Source: Octopus sinensis
Lineage: Eukaryota
Direction of reading: 5' to 3'
Assembly (NCBI RefSeq): GCF_006345805.1
Contig: NC_043012.1
Coordinates: 310,001-374,000, forward strand
Length of the DNA stretch: 64,000 nt
This document shows positions 26,028 through 39,077 of this stretch, one piece after another. The position numbers and the translations under genes were made by a program. Position 1 is the stretch's first letter. The number at the start of each line of letters is the position of its first letter. The notes below the pieces were generated by a model. The model was not told the origin of the DNA, made no database searches, and saw only the letters and a program-made list of their open reading frames with translations.

Positions 26028-26190
26028 CACTGGTGTCAATAAAATAAAGCACCAATCAAGACTATTGAAAAGGTTGCAAGACGCAACGAAAATTTTAGGA
26101 AAATAAAAATAAGAAATAAGTGGAAATTTTACCGGTGAGTGTGTTAAATTATAAGGCACAAAAAGAAAATGACTCTCCCCAGACACAGCA
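25897..26190. repeat. Fold-back (about 130-bp arms) with an HHR in each arm
   Basis: Arms 25897-26027 and 26060-26190; 32-nt spacer. Confidence 0.9.
26062..26098 (+). ncRNA. Minimal type I HHR, U3-A8 variant
   Basis: CTA-TTGAAAA-G-GTTGC AAGAC GCAAC-GAA-AATT-T/TAG. Confidence 0.6.
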
Positions 26191-26231
26191 AAACATCATT
26201 CTTATCAGTATAAACTCTATTCCATCTAATA

Positions 26232-26407
26232 CAAGGGTCGGATAACGTTTTTAACCAATTACCCCCAAATATATTTATTTACGCCAACGTTACCCCCTTG
26301 ATAACACGATTTTACGTAAATTTGCTTGTGTCTAATGAATCCTCATTACCGCCAAGAATTTAATTTTTACCCCACTTGGGGCTATTTACTCCGGTTCGCC
26401 GACCCTG
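26232..26407. mobile_element. hAT-type MITE
   Basis: TIRs caagggtcggataac / ggttcgccgaccctg; 8-bp TSD atctaata on both sides. Confidence 0.85.
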
Positions 26408-26583
26408 ATCTAATAAGTTACTATACTTGGGAGAGCGAATTGTGAAGCACGTCTACTTCGACAGAAATAATAAGAACAACTACAACAATATACCTTCCTA
26501 CACAAGGCCTGAAATGTTGCGGGCTGGGGCTAGTTCAGTCAGTTAAAAACCCTTAAAAAGAACAATGATAATAATAATTATTA

Positions 26584-26830
26584 TTTCTTCGTCTGTCGTT
26601 TTCGAAGATGACAAAGGACATCCCAAGGGCGAAGAGGATGACGCACGGTGTATCCGATCAGTCCGATGCCTGCTCGTAAGGCTCTTCTGCAGGTCGGGCA
26701 CTGGTGGTCTACGGAGACTGACGGAAATGTGCTGGCCCTCGCCTTGCTCAATTCGCGTTTTCTTTGTATCCCTGCAATCCTGTTCTGTGCAGTTTCTTCG
26801 TCAGACAGGGCGCTCCTGTGCTTGCGTTTC
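26584..26830 (-). mobile_element. 5'-truncated RTE LINE 3' end
   Basis: HQCPTCRRALRAGIGLIGY resembles the RTE C-terminal CPTC.R.FRARIGLISH; short 3' UTR and (AAT)-type tail. Confidence 0.8.
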
Positions 26831-26999
26831 CCAAGTTTCTTCACAATGGCTTCTACTGACACAAAGAGTCACATTCTAATGGACCTGATTAAACAACTCA
26901 AAATGTCTGTTGGCCTTTAGCTCCGAGGTTCTTTAACTTTCTGAAGTGAACTCGCGCATCTATATACACGCACACACGCACACATACACACACACACAC

Positions 27000-27065
<66 letters not shown>

Positions 27066-27143
27066 CACAGACACACATCTCCTTTTTCATACATCCGTCA
27101 TACTTACGGACACTATCTATCTATCTATCTATCTATCTATCAC

Positions 27144-27190
<47 letters not shown>

Positions 27191-27264
27191 CATGCATACA
27201 TAATACATACATACGTACGTACTTACGTAGGTGTATATTTTAAAACCAAGCCTATATGTATATG

Positions 27265-27296
<32 letters not shown>

Positions 27297-27862
27297 TTGT
27301 CCCTTCAACATCGCTTGACAACCGATGCTGGTATGTTTACGTCCCTGTAACTTAACGGTTCGGCAAAAGAGACCGATAGAATAAGTACTAGGCTTACAGA
27401 GAATAAGTCCTGGTGTCCATTTGCTCGACTAAAGGTGGTGCTCCAGCATGGCCGGAGTCAAATGACTGAGCAAAGTAAAAGAGAGTAAAGTATACATAGA
27501 TACATACATACATACATACATACATACACACGTACATTCATACATACACATACACATTCATACACACATACATATACAACGGGTTTGCATACAGTTTCTA
27601 TCTACCACATACACTCACAACACTTTATGTCGACTCGGGGTTAAAATAGAAGGTTCTTGCTCAACGTACTGCGCAGAGAAATTGAACTCGAAGCCACTTC
27701 ATTGCAAAGCAATTTGCTAAACCACTCAGTCATGTATATAAATAAATCTAAATCTTCGCTAGTATTATCTCTGATGAAACGACTACAAAACCTAGGTTTG
27801 AACCTGAGACTCAATAAATTAAATGCCGGGATATTATTCTTATTATTGTTTACCGTGAGTGA

Positions 27863-28650
27863 GGGCGGCAAGCCGGCAGAATCGTTAGCATGCCGGGTGA
27901 AATGCTTAGCAGTATTTCGTCTGCCTCTACGTTCTGAGCTCAAATTCCGCCGAGGTCGACTTTACCTTTCATCCTTTCGGGGTCGATTAAATAAGTACCA
28001 CTTACGCACTGGTGTCGATATAATCGACTTAATCCGTTTGTCTGTCCTTGTTTGTCCCCTCTGTGTTTAGCCCCTTGTGGGTAGTAATGAAATACGTATT
28101 TCGTGAGCCGCAACGTTCTGAGTTCAAATTCCACCGAGGTCGACTTTGTCTTTCAATCTTTCGGGGTCGATAAATTAAGTACCAGTTACGCACTGGGGTC
28201 GATATAATCGACTTAATCCGTTTTTCCTTGTTTATCCTCTCTGTGGGATTGTCTGTCCTTGTTTGTCCTCCTTTTTTGCCCCTTGTGGGTAGTAATGAAA
28301 TAGGTATTTCGTTTGCCGCAACGTTCTGAGTTCAAATTCCACCGAGGTCGACTTTGCCTTTCAATCTTTCGGGGTCGATAAATTAAGTACCAGTTACGCA
28401 CTGGGGTGGATGTAATCGAATTAATCCCTTTGTCTGTCTTTGTTTGTCCCCTCTATATTTAGCTCCTTGTGGGCCATAAAGAAATAAGAAATGTTAACAC
28501 GCCGGGCGAAATGCTAAACAGCATTTTGACAGCCTTCACGTTCTGAGTCCAAATTCCGCGAAGGTCGACTTTGCCTTTTATCTTTTCGGGGTTTCTAAAA
28601 TACGTACCAGTTGAGCACTGGTACCAGTCGAGCACCAGGGACCATGTAAT
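27863..28650 (+). mobile_element. SINE-A tandem array (one full unit, 2-3 head-less units)
   Basis: Units restart at tatttcgt just upstream of the B-box. Confidence 0.85.
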
Positions 28651-29144
28651 CAACTTACCCTTTACCCCGAACTAATCCGCTGTTTACTTCCTGATTAACA
28701 CGAATTCAGTTTTAGTCATACCCCCGCTGGATTATATTTCGGAAGAACTAGCCTAAGTCACCCAAATCGAGAACACTGATACGTGTAGAATACGTATTAG
28801 TAACTGGTTAGCTGATGTAATTAATAATAGTATATCTACTGTTGGGACTAGTCGAGGGGTAGCGGTGAGAGGAGACACTAGAGGAGATTAGGCTGTGTGG
28901 GGGATATTTCATGCGAACAGGCTAATAGTCGAATAAACATGTGTGTGTGTGTGTAGAACGAGAGGGAGAGAGAGAGAGAGAGAGAGGCAAATAGGAAGAA
29001 ATGTATAGAGATAGATTGACAAATAGAGAGATAGAAATACATAGATATATATTACTACACAGATTAATAGACAGTTAAATAGATAGACAGAAAGATACGA
29101 TGACCAGGAATACACGCCTGCACATACGCACATATATATGCATA

Positions 29145-29319
29145 TACTCTTTTACTGCTTTACTTGTTTCAGTCATTTGACTGTGTCCATGCTGGAGCAC
29201 CGCCTTTTAGTCGAGCAAATCTACGCCAAGACTTATTCTTTGTAAGTCTAGTACTTATTCTATCGGTCTGTTTTGCCGAACCGCTAAGCTACGGGGGGGT
29301 GGGGAAACACAGATACACA

Positions 29320-29384
<65 letters not shown>

Positions 29385-29545
29385 GCATACGACGGGCTTC
29401 TTTCAGTTTCCGTCTACCAAATCCACTCTTTGGTCGGCCCGAGGCTATAGTAGAAGATACTTACCCAAGGTGCCACACAATGGGACTGAACCCGGAACCA
29501 TGTCGTTCGTAAGCAAGCTACTTACCATACAGCCACTCCTACGCC
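29145..29545 (-). mobile_element. SINE-B
   Basis: Reverse copy with an expanded internal (TA)n. Confidence 0.85.
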
Positions 29546-30068
29546 TCTATACATAAATACATGCATTCGTATATATATATGTGTGTGTGTTGTGTATTCA
29601 CCCTTATATGTAAATGCATGTGTAAGTTTGATGTGTGTGTGTATATATATATATATATGTATACACACACATACTTGTGTTATTCAATTATTGAAGTAGC
29701 TTTTTGTTTCTACTTATTTCCTCATTATATAATATCAATAAAAATATTTACATTCACAATAACTGCACACAGCGACACCACAGGGCACCGACCTACACAT
29801 TCAGACACGTAACACCGAGACAAGCACATATACAACTATCCGGTTATAACCACCCATACATACATTCTACAGGAATACCCGTAGTATGATATGTACGTAT
29901 GTGTGTGCGTGTGTATGTGTATGTAGATACATACATGCATTTATACACACACGCACACATACACACACATATGTATATATATATGTACATATATAGGCAT
30001 ATATATATATATATATGTAGATAGATAGATAGAGAGAGAGATACATATGTATGTATATATACATATAT

Positions 30069-30139
<71 letters not shown>

Positions 30140-30142
30140 TAG

Positions 30143-30195
<53 letters not shown>

Positions 30196-30580
30196 TACAT
30201 ATCTATAAAACTGTATATATACTTATATATATACACGTATATGCGAGTGTGCTTGTGTGTACACTCGTACACACATATATGTATAGGCACACATACACAT
30301 GGTCAGTGACAAATAACACACACACACACACACGTGCACACACACAAACACACACACACACTCACACTCACACATATGCGCTCACACATTCGAGTATATG
30401 CATGTTTTCCTTTTCTTATTTCTCTTCGTTTTCTTCTTTTCCGAGTAAACTATTTACTTCCTCGTGTTGGCGGTTTAGAGCACTTGGGTCTTCCCGATGT
30501 GTTTAAATATCGCTCGTGTAGGATTGCGAAAGCTGGTGGTTATTACTATTGTTGTTGTTGTAGTAGTTGTTGTTGTTTTG

Positions 30581-30621
<41 letters not shown>

Positions 30622-30623
30622 TA

Positions 30624-30849
30624 TTTTTTTTTTTTTTATTCAGTAGTTTTATTTTTATAGCGTGCTTTCACTTCACTACCGAGCGCGGCTCAGTGTGCCT
30701 TGGGTGTGTGTTGTGATTTGTTGTGATGCTCTGATGGTTATTGTATGGAAAGTGTTCTGCGTAGGATGTGTGCAGTGCCTAGTAATGCAATTTTCTGTAT
30801 GTTATATGTGTTTGTAAGTCCTGGTGTTTTTGTTATGTATTTGTCTGAA

Positions 30850-30853
<4 letters not shown>
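30624..30853 (-). mobile_element. 5'-truncated R4/Dong-type LINE within (AAT)n
   Basis: ORF end NIQKIALLGTAHILRRTLSIQ*, about 100-nt 3' UTR, short poly(A), (AAT)n on both sides. Confidence 0.8.
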
Positions 30854-30916
<63 letters not shown>

Positions 30917-30924
30917 CATTATTA

Positions 30925-31179
30925 AGACGGCTAGCTGGCAGAAACGTTAGCATGCCGGGCGAAATGCTTAGCGGTATTTCGTCTGCGTTACGTTGTGAGT
31001 TCAAATTCCGCCGAGGTCGACTTTGCCTTTCATCCTTTCGGGGTCGATAAATTAAGTACTAGTTACGCACTGGTGTCGATATAATCGACTTAATACCTTT
31101 GTCTGTCCTTGTTTGTCCCCTCTGTGTTTAGCCCCTTGTGGGTAATAAAGAAATAGGTTGTTACTATTGTTGTTGTTGC

Positions 31180-31248
<69 letters not shown>

Positions 31249-31731
31249 TAAGACGGCTAGCTGGCAGAAACGTTAGCACGCCGGGCGAAATGTGTAGCCG
31301 TATTTCGTCTGCCGTTACGTTCTGAGTTCAAATTTCGCCGAGGTCGACTTTGCCTTTCATCCTTTCGGATTAAGTACCAGTTACGCACTGGGGTCGATGT
31401 AATCAACTTAATCCCTTTGTCTGTCCTTGTTTGTCCAGTCTATGTTTAGCCCCTTGTGGGTAGTAAAGGAATAGGCATTTCGTCTGCCGTTACGTTCTGA
31501 GTTCAAATTCCGCCGAGGTCGACTTTACCTTTCATCCTTCCGGGGTCGATTAAATAATTACCAGTTACGCACTGGGGTCGATATAATCGACTTATTCATC
31601 TTTTTCTGTCCTTGTTTGTCCTTTCTGTGTTTAGCCCCTTGTGGGTAGTAAAAAAATAGGTAATCGACTTTATCCCATCCTCGAAATTTAAGCTTTGTGC
31701 TTCCAGTAGAAAGAATTGTTATTGTTGTTGC

Positions 31732-31785
<54 letters not shown>

Positions 31786-32020
31786 CATTATTATTATTAT
31801 TAAGGCGGAGAGCTAGCATAAACGTTGCCACGCCGGACGAAGTGCTTAGCAGTATTTCGCCCGTCGCTACGTTCTGAGTTCAAATTCCGCTGAGGTCGAT
31901 TTCGCTTTCCATCCTTTCGGGGTCGATAAATTAAGTACCAGTTGCGTACTGGGGTCCATCAAATCGACTGGCCCCCACCTCCCCAAATGTTTCAGGCCTT
32001 GTGCCTATAGTGGAAACGAT
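30925..32020 (+). mobile_element. Cluster of SINE-A copies separated by (ATT)n
   Basis: Heads at about 30925, 31250 and 31803; head-less unit at about 31476. Confidence 0.85.
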
Positions 32021-32091
32021 TATTATTATTATCATCATCATTGTTATTATTATTATTATTATTATTAAGGCGACGAGGTGGCAAAATCGAT

Positions 32092-33195
32092 ACTTGGCAG
32101 TTGTTCTCAGGGCAGCTGTTTTTGGTCCGGTCTTCCGAGGGTGGATTGCTGCTTTATACAGCGGTATCTGCTCGATTATACGAGTGAACGGTCACTTGTC
32201 GGAGCCGTTCAGCATCTTCTGTTCGCCAAGGATGCCCTCTCTCCTCCATTCTCTACCTATTGACTCTCAAGCCATTACTGCGGAAGTTGGAGGCTTTGAA
32301 GAGTGTCCCGCGTGATCTTGGATGTGGCAAGAGCGTGTCTGCCTATGCTGACGATGACGCCGTGATGGTGTCGATCCACAGGTACATCGACCTGATTGGC
32401 AAGACAATAAGCGAATACGAAGCGGTGACAAGTGCGAAAATTAACGCAGAAAAAATCGATGGGCTTGCAACTGGGCACCTGGAGAGGCAAGTCCATGCCG
32501 TCCAACAGCGTCGTGGGGCGCTGGACAGACGATCCCGTTAAATTGCTCGGGGTCTGGTTCGGTCCAGACCTCCAAATGGAGAAAAACTGGGACTAGGTGA
32601 CGAACAGCGTGGCCAATCTCACCCAGAAATGGGCCGAGAGGAAGCAGTACCTGAAAGGTCGAGCCGAGGTGGTGAATGCGTACATCGCATCCGTCATCTA
32701 TTATCATTTGACCGTCATCCCTTGTCCCGACTACTGGTTGACCAAGCTGATGCGCTTGCTCTGGACGGTGAGCAAGTGTGGTCACCATTCGTTAGACTCG
32801 CCTTTCCACAGCTCGTATCTTTGACTGAGCTGCAATCTTGGATCTATCGAAGACCGAGAAAGAGCGCTTGGCACCTCGAATGCCGTCAAGCACTCACCAC
32901 GCTACACCAGGTGGGCAATGTGGTCGGTAGTAGTTCCACTCTAGCGTTCTATAGAGTTTAGTGTAGGAAAAGTACGACGACGCTCTCGGGAAAACTCTAG
33001 GCATCGACGATGACCAACTAAGCAGTCCCTCTCCTGGCAGTGCTACCGAGTGACGCTGCCTGTTCGGGATAAACTTCATAGGCACGGAAGTGCAGTCACC
33101 CGGGCCTGCCCGGGGTGTGCTCAGAGTGACGAAACCGTTCTGCACGTATTCGTTCAGTGCCCGAGTATTGCTGACCTGTGGGTTTATGTCTAACA
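32092..33195 (+). pseudogene. Tx1/L1-clade reverse transcriptase fragment
   Basis: FGPVFRGWIAALYS...VNGHLSEPF, QGCPLS (32227), SAYADD (32338-32355), KLLGVWFGPD and KGRAEVVNAYIASVIYY, with frameshifts. Confidence 0.85.
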
Positions 33196-33759
33196 GCTAC
33201 TAACGCGTGTAGGACGGATCCGGCTTTGACTTTCATCCTTTAATAGAAGTATCAGTTGAGCACTGGGTTCAATGTAATCGACCATCCCGCTCTCCTCAAA
33301 ATTTTAGGTCTTGTGCCTTATCAAGAAAGGATTATTATTATTATTATTGCTGTTGTTATTGTTGATAGTTGTTGTGGAGCTGTTGTCTTCTTTGCACGGG
33401 CGCGAAAGCTACGTTGTTATCCTCATTCCGTAAACAGTGGCTTTTTTAACGGGTGGAGAGCTGGACCATCCTGGGATACATAGGATTCGCAATCTAGACT
33501 AGGGCCTGAAAGTTTACCACGCCATAGTGGGTTACACCATGGTTCCTCTGCTTTGTGGCAGAAGTAGGAAGAAAGAGGGAGAAAAAGTTGTGGTGAAAGA
33601 GTACAGCGCGGTTCACCATCACACCCCGCCGGAGCCTCGGGGAACTTAGGTGCTTTTGCTCAATAAACACTCACAATGCCCGGTCTGGGAATCGAAACCG
33701 CGTTCTTACGACCGCGAGTCCGCTGCCCTAACCACTGAGCCATTGCGCCTCCACTGGAG

Positions 33760-34240
33760 CTGTTGTAGGTAGTGTTGGAAGTAATGGTTGTGATGACAGC
33801 AGTCGTGGCAATGATAGCAGCTGGCTCTAGTGGTGGAGTTAGTATCGGCGGCGGCGGTGGTGGTGACGGTGGTGACGCTGGTAGTGATGTTGGTGGCGGT
33901 GGTGCTGGTGGCGATGGTGCTGGTGGTGTACATAGTGGTGTTGGCGATGGCGGTGGTGAAACCGCTGGTATTAGCAGTGTTAATGTTTGTTAGCTGTGGC
34001 GTAGGTGCTGGTAGTGATGGCGGTAATGTTGGTGATAGAAGTGGTGGTGTTGTGGATGGTATCGGTGCTGAAAGTATTGATGGTGGAGGCCGTGAGATTA
34101 ACATGAAGTCCGTGGTGGTGGTGGTGGTGGTGGTGTTGGTCGAATTCAGTCTAGTGGTAGTGCTGGTGATATTTGTGGTGATGACTATAGTAATGGAGTT
34201 GAGGTAATGGTGTAGTAATGGTATAGTAATGGTGTTGCTT
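33760..34240. repeat. Degenerate (GGT)n low-complexity tract
   Basis: Source of the G-, V- and T-rich ORFs; a (CCA)n counterpart lies at about 34900-35165. Confidence 0.85.
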
Positions 34241-35683
34241 GTGGTCGTTCTGATGGACGGAGGGGATAGCGTTCATGTTGGTATTGTTCATGTGTTTAGG
34301 TGAAACGTTTTTACTCATGTAATCATATTGTACTCATACGGAGTTTACATTGTACTCATATTCCGCTCATGTTGTGCTCGTACCGGCTAAATCATTTATA
34401 TCCCATCTTACCCAGAAATATTTATTTCAAATTTTGGCGCACGGCCAGCAATTCCGGGGTGGATGGAAGGCATTAAGGCATTGACCCCAGTGTTCAACTG
34501 GAACTTATTTTATTGACCCCGAAAAGATGAAAGGCGGAATTAGAACTTAGAACTCAAAGACGAACGAAATGGCGTTAAGTATTTTGCTCGACGCGCTAAC
34601 GTTTCTGCCAGCTCGCCACCTTCATCTTATCCTGAAGTATTGGTTTCTAATTTTGCCACAAGGTCAGACACAAAGCCAGAAATTTCGTGGGGAGGCGTTA
34701 AGTCGATTACATTGACCCCAGGGCTCAACCGGTACTTATTTTATCAATACCGAAAGGATGGAAAGCAAAGTCGACCTTGGTAGAATTTGAACACAGAACG
34801 TAAAAACCATCAAAATATCCCCCAAATCATCCAATTTCTATTCTCTTTGCCCTTTCATTCTTATTTCCCACCCTCCTCCACTGTTCGTCCTCGACATACT
34901 TCTAACAGCTTCAACACCACCATCAACTAAAGTAACCAATACTACCAGCATCCTCCTCCTGCTCTTCCTCCTCCTCCTCATCATCATCGTCCTTATAATC
35001 ATCAACACTAACCACCACCACCATCACCAGCACCACCACAGCACTACCACCAACAGCATCACCATAACGACGACCATGACTACAACCCTCTCCATCTCAA
35101 CACTTACCACCACCACCACCATCACCACCACCACCAACAACAACAACAATAACAACACTACCACCGACAACATATATATTCGGTCCAGATCACCATGTAG
35201 GGTTATATGATGTAATTGTGGGGATTAAGTCTGATTGTAACACGATGGGATTATGTTTCTATGAAATAATGTCAGCAAAGCTATTGTACATAATATGATG
35301 TTGAGCAACTGCCACCTGGTTCTAGCCTAGGGTTTTGCTAAGGCACTCATATATGTATGTCTGAAATAAAAGATGTGGGCGTGGCTGTGTGGTAAGAAAC
35401 TTGCTTCCCAATCGCATGGTCCCGAGTTCGGTCTCACTGTGTATTGCCATAGACAACTGTCTTTTACTATCGCTTCAGGCCGATCAATGCATTGTGAGAG
35501 GATTTCCTAGACGCGAAATAGAAGCCTGTCGTATATATGTATATATGTGTAAAGGTAGACTTGGCCTGAAGAACAGTTTGCGGTCTATCCATCGTTTGGA
35601 TAATTACTAATCCCGAGGCTTCAGCTATGAAACATATGTAGCCTGGATTTTATCTACTCCACTCCCTAATTTTATGTTTGTGA

Positions 35684-35719
<36 letters not shown>

Positions 35720-35728
<9 letters not shown>

Positions 35729-35936
35729 TACATTAAAAGGCTTCCAAATAAAGAAGCGAGTGCTAGATACACAAAAAGGGGATAAATTCATGAAATGGAA
35801 TGAAAATCAAAAACGTTTACCATCTCAGCTGAGAGGTAAACGTTTTTGATTTTCATTCCATTTCATGAATTTATCCCCTTTTTGTGTATCTAGCACTCGC
35901 TTCTTTATTTGGAAGCCTTTTAATGTACTTATATAT
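35720..35936. repeat. Near-perfect spacer-less palindrome next to (TA)n
   Basis: About 105-bp arms centred on cagctg (35826-35831); one 1-nt indel. Confidence 0.95.
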
Positions 35937-36021
35937 GAATAACATATAGTCTAATGACTAATTTGTCTTTTGTGCTAGGTCACTGGTAATAATAATTTAT
36001 TTTTATTACCCTATTTACTAT

Positions 36022-36082
<61 letters not shown>

Positions 36083-36085
36083 CTA

Positions 36086-36278
36086 AAGGGAAAGTTACGA
36101 AAATAAAGAAAAGACAAAGACAGGTGGTGTACAAAACAAACAGATGTATTAGTATAGCGCTCAGGAATAGAAAAAGTCTTTTACGTTTCGAGCCTACACG
36201 CTTCTACAGAAAGGTACACAGAAAAAACAAGGAGAGAAACAAGGAGAGAAAAAAAATGTGTGTAGTGGCTAACGATCT
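36086..36278 (-). mobile_element. HHR element family 1, copy 3
   Basis: Reverse copy; core CTGTAGAAGCGTGTAGGCTCGAAACGTA with stem II disrupted. Confidence 0.75.
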
Positions 36279-36502
36279 TTCAAGGCGTCTGACTCGGACA
36301 AAATGGTCAGCCGGGAGGGGGAAAGTAGGGGAGATAACAAGGTCAAGATGACCTCCAACACGAAGGAGTACCCAACACAAAGGTGCGTATGTGTATAAGA
36401 GAGTATGTATGTGCGTGTGAAAGAGGGCTGGTGGTCTGGACGTGTGTGTGTATGTATGTGTAGGTGTGAAGATGTGAAGATGTGAAGGTGTGAAGGTGTG
36501 AA

Positions 36503-36544
<42 letters not shown>

Positions 36545-36798
36545 TGTGTATAGTAATAACAATAAAAATGCATGGAGGGAATTTTAAAATTATTTTAATG
36601 CATCGCTACGTCCGTTTCTACAAGTCACATGTTTCTTATGGTCACAGTCCTGTATGATTATAGTACAATCCGTGGCATCCATGGGCATTGGATAGATCCT
36701 GTTCATGCATTCATTTCTTCGGGCGATTCGGCATCAATGGATGTTTAACTGGGGGTTGCTTATGTGTATATGTATGTATGCATGTATGCATGCATGTA

Positions 36799-36847
<49 letters not shown>

Positions 36848-36848
<1 letters not shown>

Positions 36849-37078
36849 TATTTCTTTACTACCCACAAGGGGCGAAACATAGAAGGGACAAACAAGGACA
36901 GACAAACGGATTAAGTCGATTATATCGACCCCAGTGCGAAACTGGTACTTTATTTATCGACCCCGAAAGGATGAAAGGCAAAGTCGACCTCGGCGGAATT
37001 TGAACTCAGAACGTAACGACAGACGAAATACCGCGAAGCATTTCGCCCGGCGCGCTAACGTTTCTGCCAGCTCGCCCA
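36848..37078 (-). mobile_element. SINE-A
   Basis: Full unit with its 3' end at (TA)n. Confidence 0.85.
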
Positions 37079-37409
37079 TATATGTGTGTGTGTGTTTGCA
37101 TATGTGTATGTGCATGTGTGTGTGTACTTGTATCTGCGTTTGTCCCCACCACCACTTGACACCCAATGCTGGTGTACTTACTTAGCCTTCAGTAGAAAGA
37201 ACTTGATAGATTAAGCATCAGGTTTATAAAAATATAAGTACCAGGGTCAATTCGTTCAGGTGAAATTTTCAAGGCGGTGCCCCAGTATGGCCGCAGTCTG
37301 ATGACTGAAACAATTAAAAGATAAAAGATAAAAGTAAGATATTCCCACCATTTTCGGGAGGCATTTAAATATTTCAATTCTTAATTATAATTGCTTTCCA
37401 TATATTATA

Positions 37410-38383
37410 GGCGCAGGAGTGGCTGTGTGGTAAGTAGCTTGCTTACCAACTAAATGGTTCTGGTCTCAGTTCTACTGCGTGGCACCTTGGGCAAGTGTCT
37501 TCTGGTATAGCCACGGGCCGACCAAAGCCTTGTGAGGGGATTTGGAAGAAACCTGAAAGAAGCCTATTGTATATATATATGTGTGTGTGTGCATGTGTGT
37601 GTGTGTACGTGTGTGTGTCTGTGTGTGTGTTTGTGAATCTTTGTGTGTCTGTGTTAGTTCCCCACCCATCGCTTGACAACCGATGTTGGTGTGACTACGT
37701 CGAGTTAGCTGTTCGGCAAAAGAGGACCGATAGAATAAGTGCAAGGCTTACAAAGAATAAGTTCTGGGGTCGATTTGTTCGCCTGAAAGACGGTACTACA
37801 GCATGGCCGCAGTCAAATGTCGGAACCAAAAAAAAAAAAATAAAAGAATTATATAATAAGCATAATTTTTCTAAAACTGTTTAGTATATTTAATAGTTAG
37901 ATAACTAATTCTCGTGAGGTAGGCAGCCTATGTTTCTAATTGTTGTAACGTAGACTTCATATACTCTTTACTCTTTACTCTTTTACTTGTTTCAGTCATT
38001 TGACTGCGGCCATGCTGGAGCACCGCCTTTAGTCGAGCAAATCGACCCCGGGACTTATTCTTTGTAAGCCCAGTACTTATTCTATCGGTCTCTTGTTTGC
38101 CGAACCGCTAAGTGACGGGGACGTAAACACAACAGCATCGGTTGTCAAGCAATGCTAGGGGGACAAACACAGACACACAAACACACACACACACATATAT
38201 ATACATACATATATACGACAGGCTTCTTTCAGTTTCCGCCTACCAAATCAACTCACAAGGCATTGGTCGGCCCGGGGCTATAGCAGAAGACACTTGGCCA
38301 AGATGCCACGCAGTGGGACTGAACCCGGAACCATGTGGTTGTTTAGCAAGCTACTTTATTTCACCACACAGCCACTTCTGCGG
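37410..38383. mobile_element. Two SINE-B copies, tail to tail (37410-37850 plus; 37962-38383 minus)
   Basis: Both collinear with the family. Confidence 0.85.
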
Positions 38384-38674
38384 CATATGTATATTTTATT
38401 ATATTTTTTAAAATTCTTTCGTCATCCAATGACGTCACGAAAAGTTAAATACCAAATGACTTTTCTTAGATTATATTTCTTTTTAAACTTCTTCCTGCAT
38501 GCCTCCCTGTAATGGAGATATTTTCTTAGTTCACTTTGAATTTAACTAATTTTGGATCGCCTTGAAAACATTGTGTTAACATGTATTTTTGGTTGTATTA
38601 ATTTGAATGATATTTTCCAGATCTAGATATGTCGACACGATCGTCGCTTTGTATATATATTATATGTATGCATG

Positions 38675-38723
<49 letters not shown>

Positions 38724-38726
38724 AGC

Positions 38727-38766
<40 letters not shown>

Positions 38767-38827
38767 ATATATATATATGTATGCATGTATATATATATAT
38801 ATTATATATATATATATATATATGTAG

Positions 38828-39010
38828 TTAATAAAAAACGGAAGAGAAATACAAGAAAAACAACAGCGTGAGGATATGGTACATGCAAAGTATTAGTAAG
38901 ACGCCCAGGGAAGAAAGAGACGGTGTTTTACTTTTTGAGCAAAGCTTTTCTTCAGAAACAGGAGACAGAGGAAAGTCCAAGAGAAAAGGAAGATGGATGA
39001 AAAAAAATAA
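38828..39010 (-). mobile_element. HHR element family 2, decayed copy
   Basis: Reverse homologue of 62470-62672; core TGTTT-CTGAAGA-A-AAGC TTT GCTC-AAAAA-GTA/AAACA. Confidence 0.65.
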
Positions 39011-39039
39011 CCAATAAACCCCATGCAGTTACATTTTGG

Positions 39040-39077
<38 letters not shown>

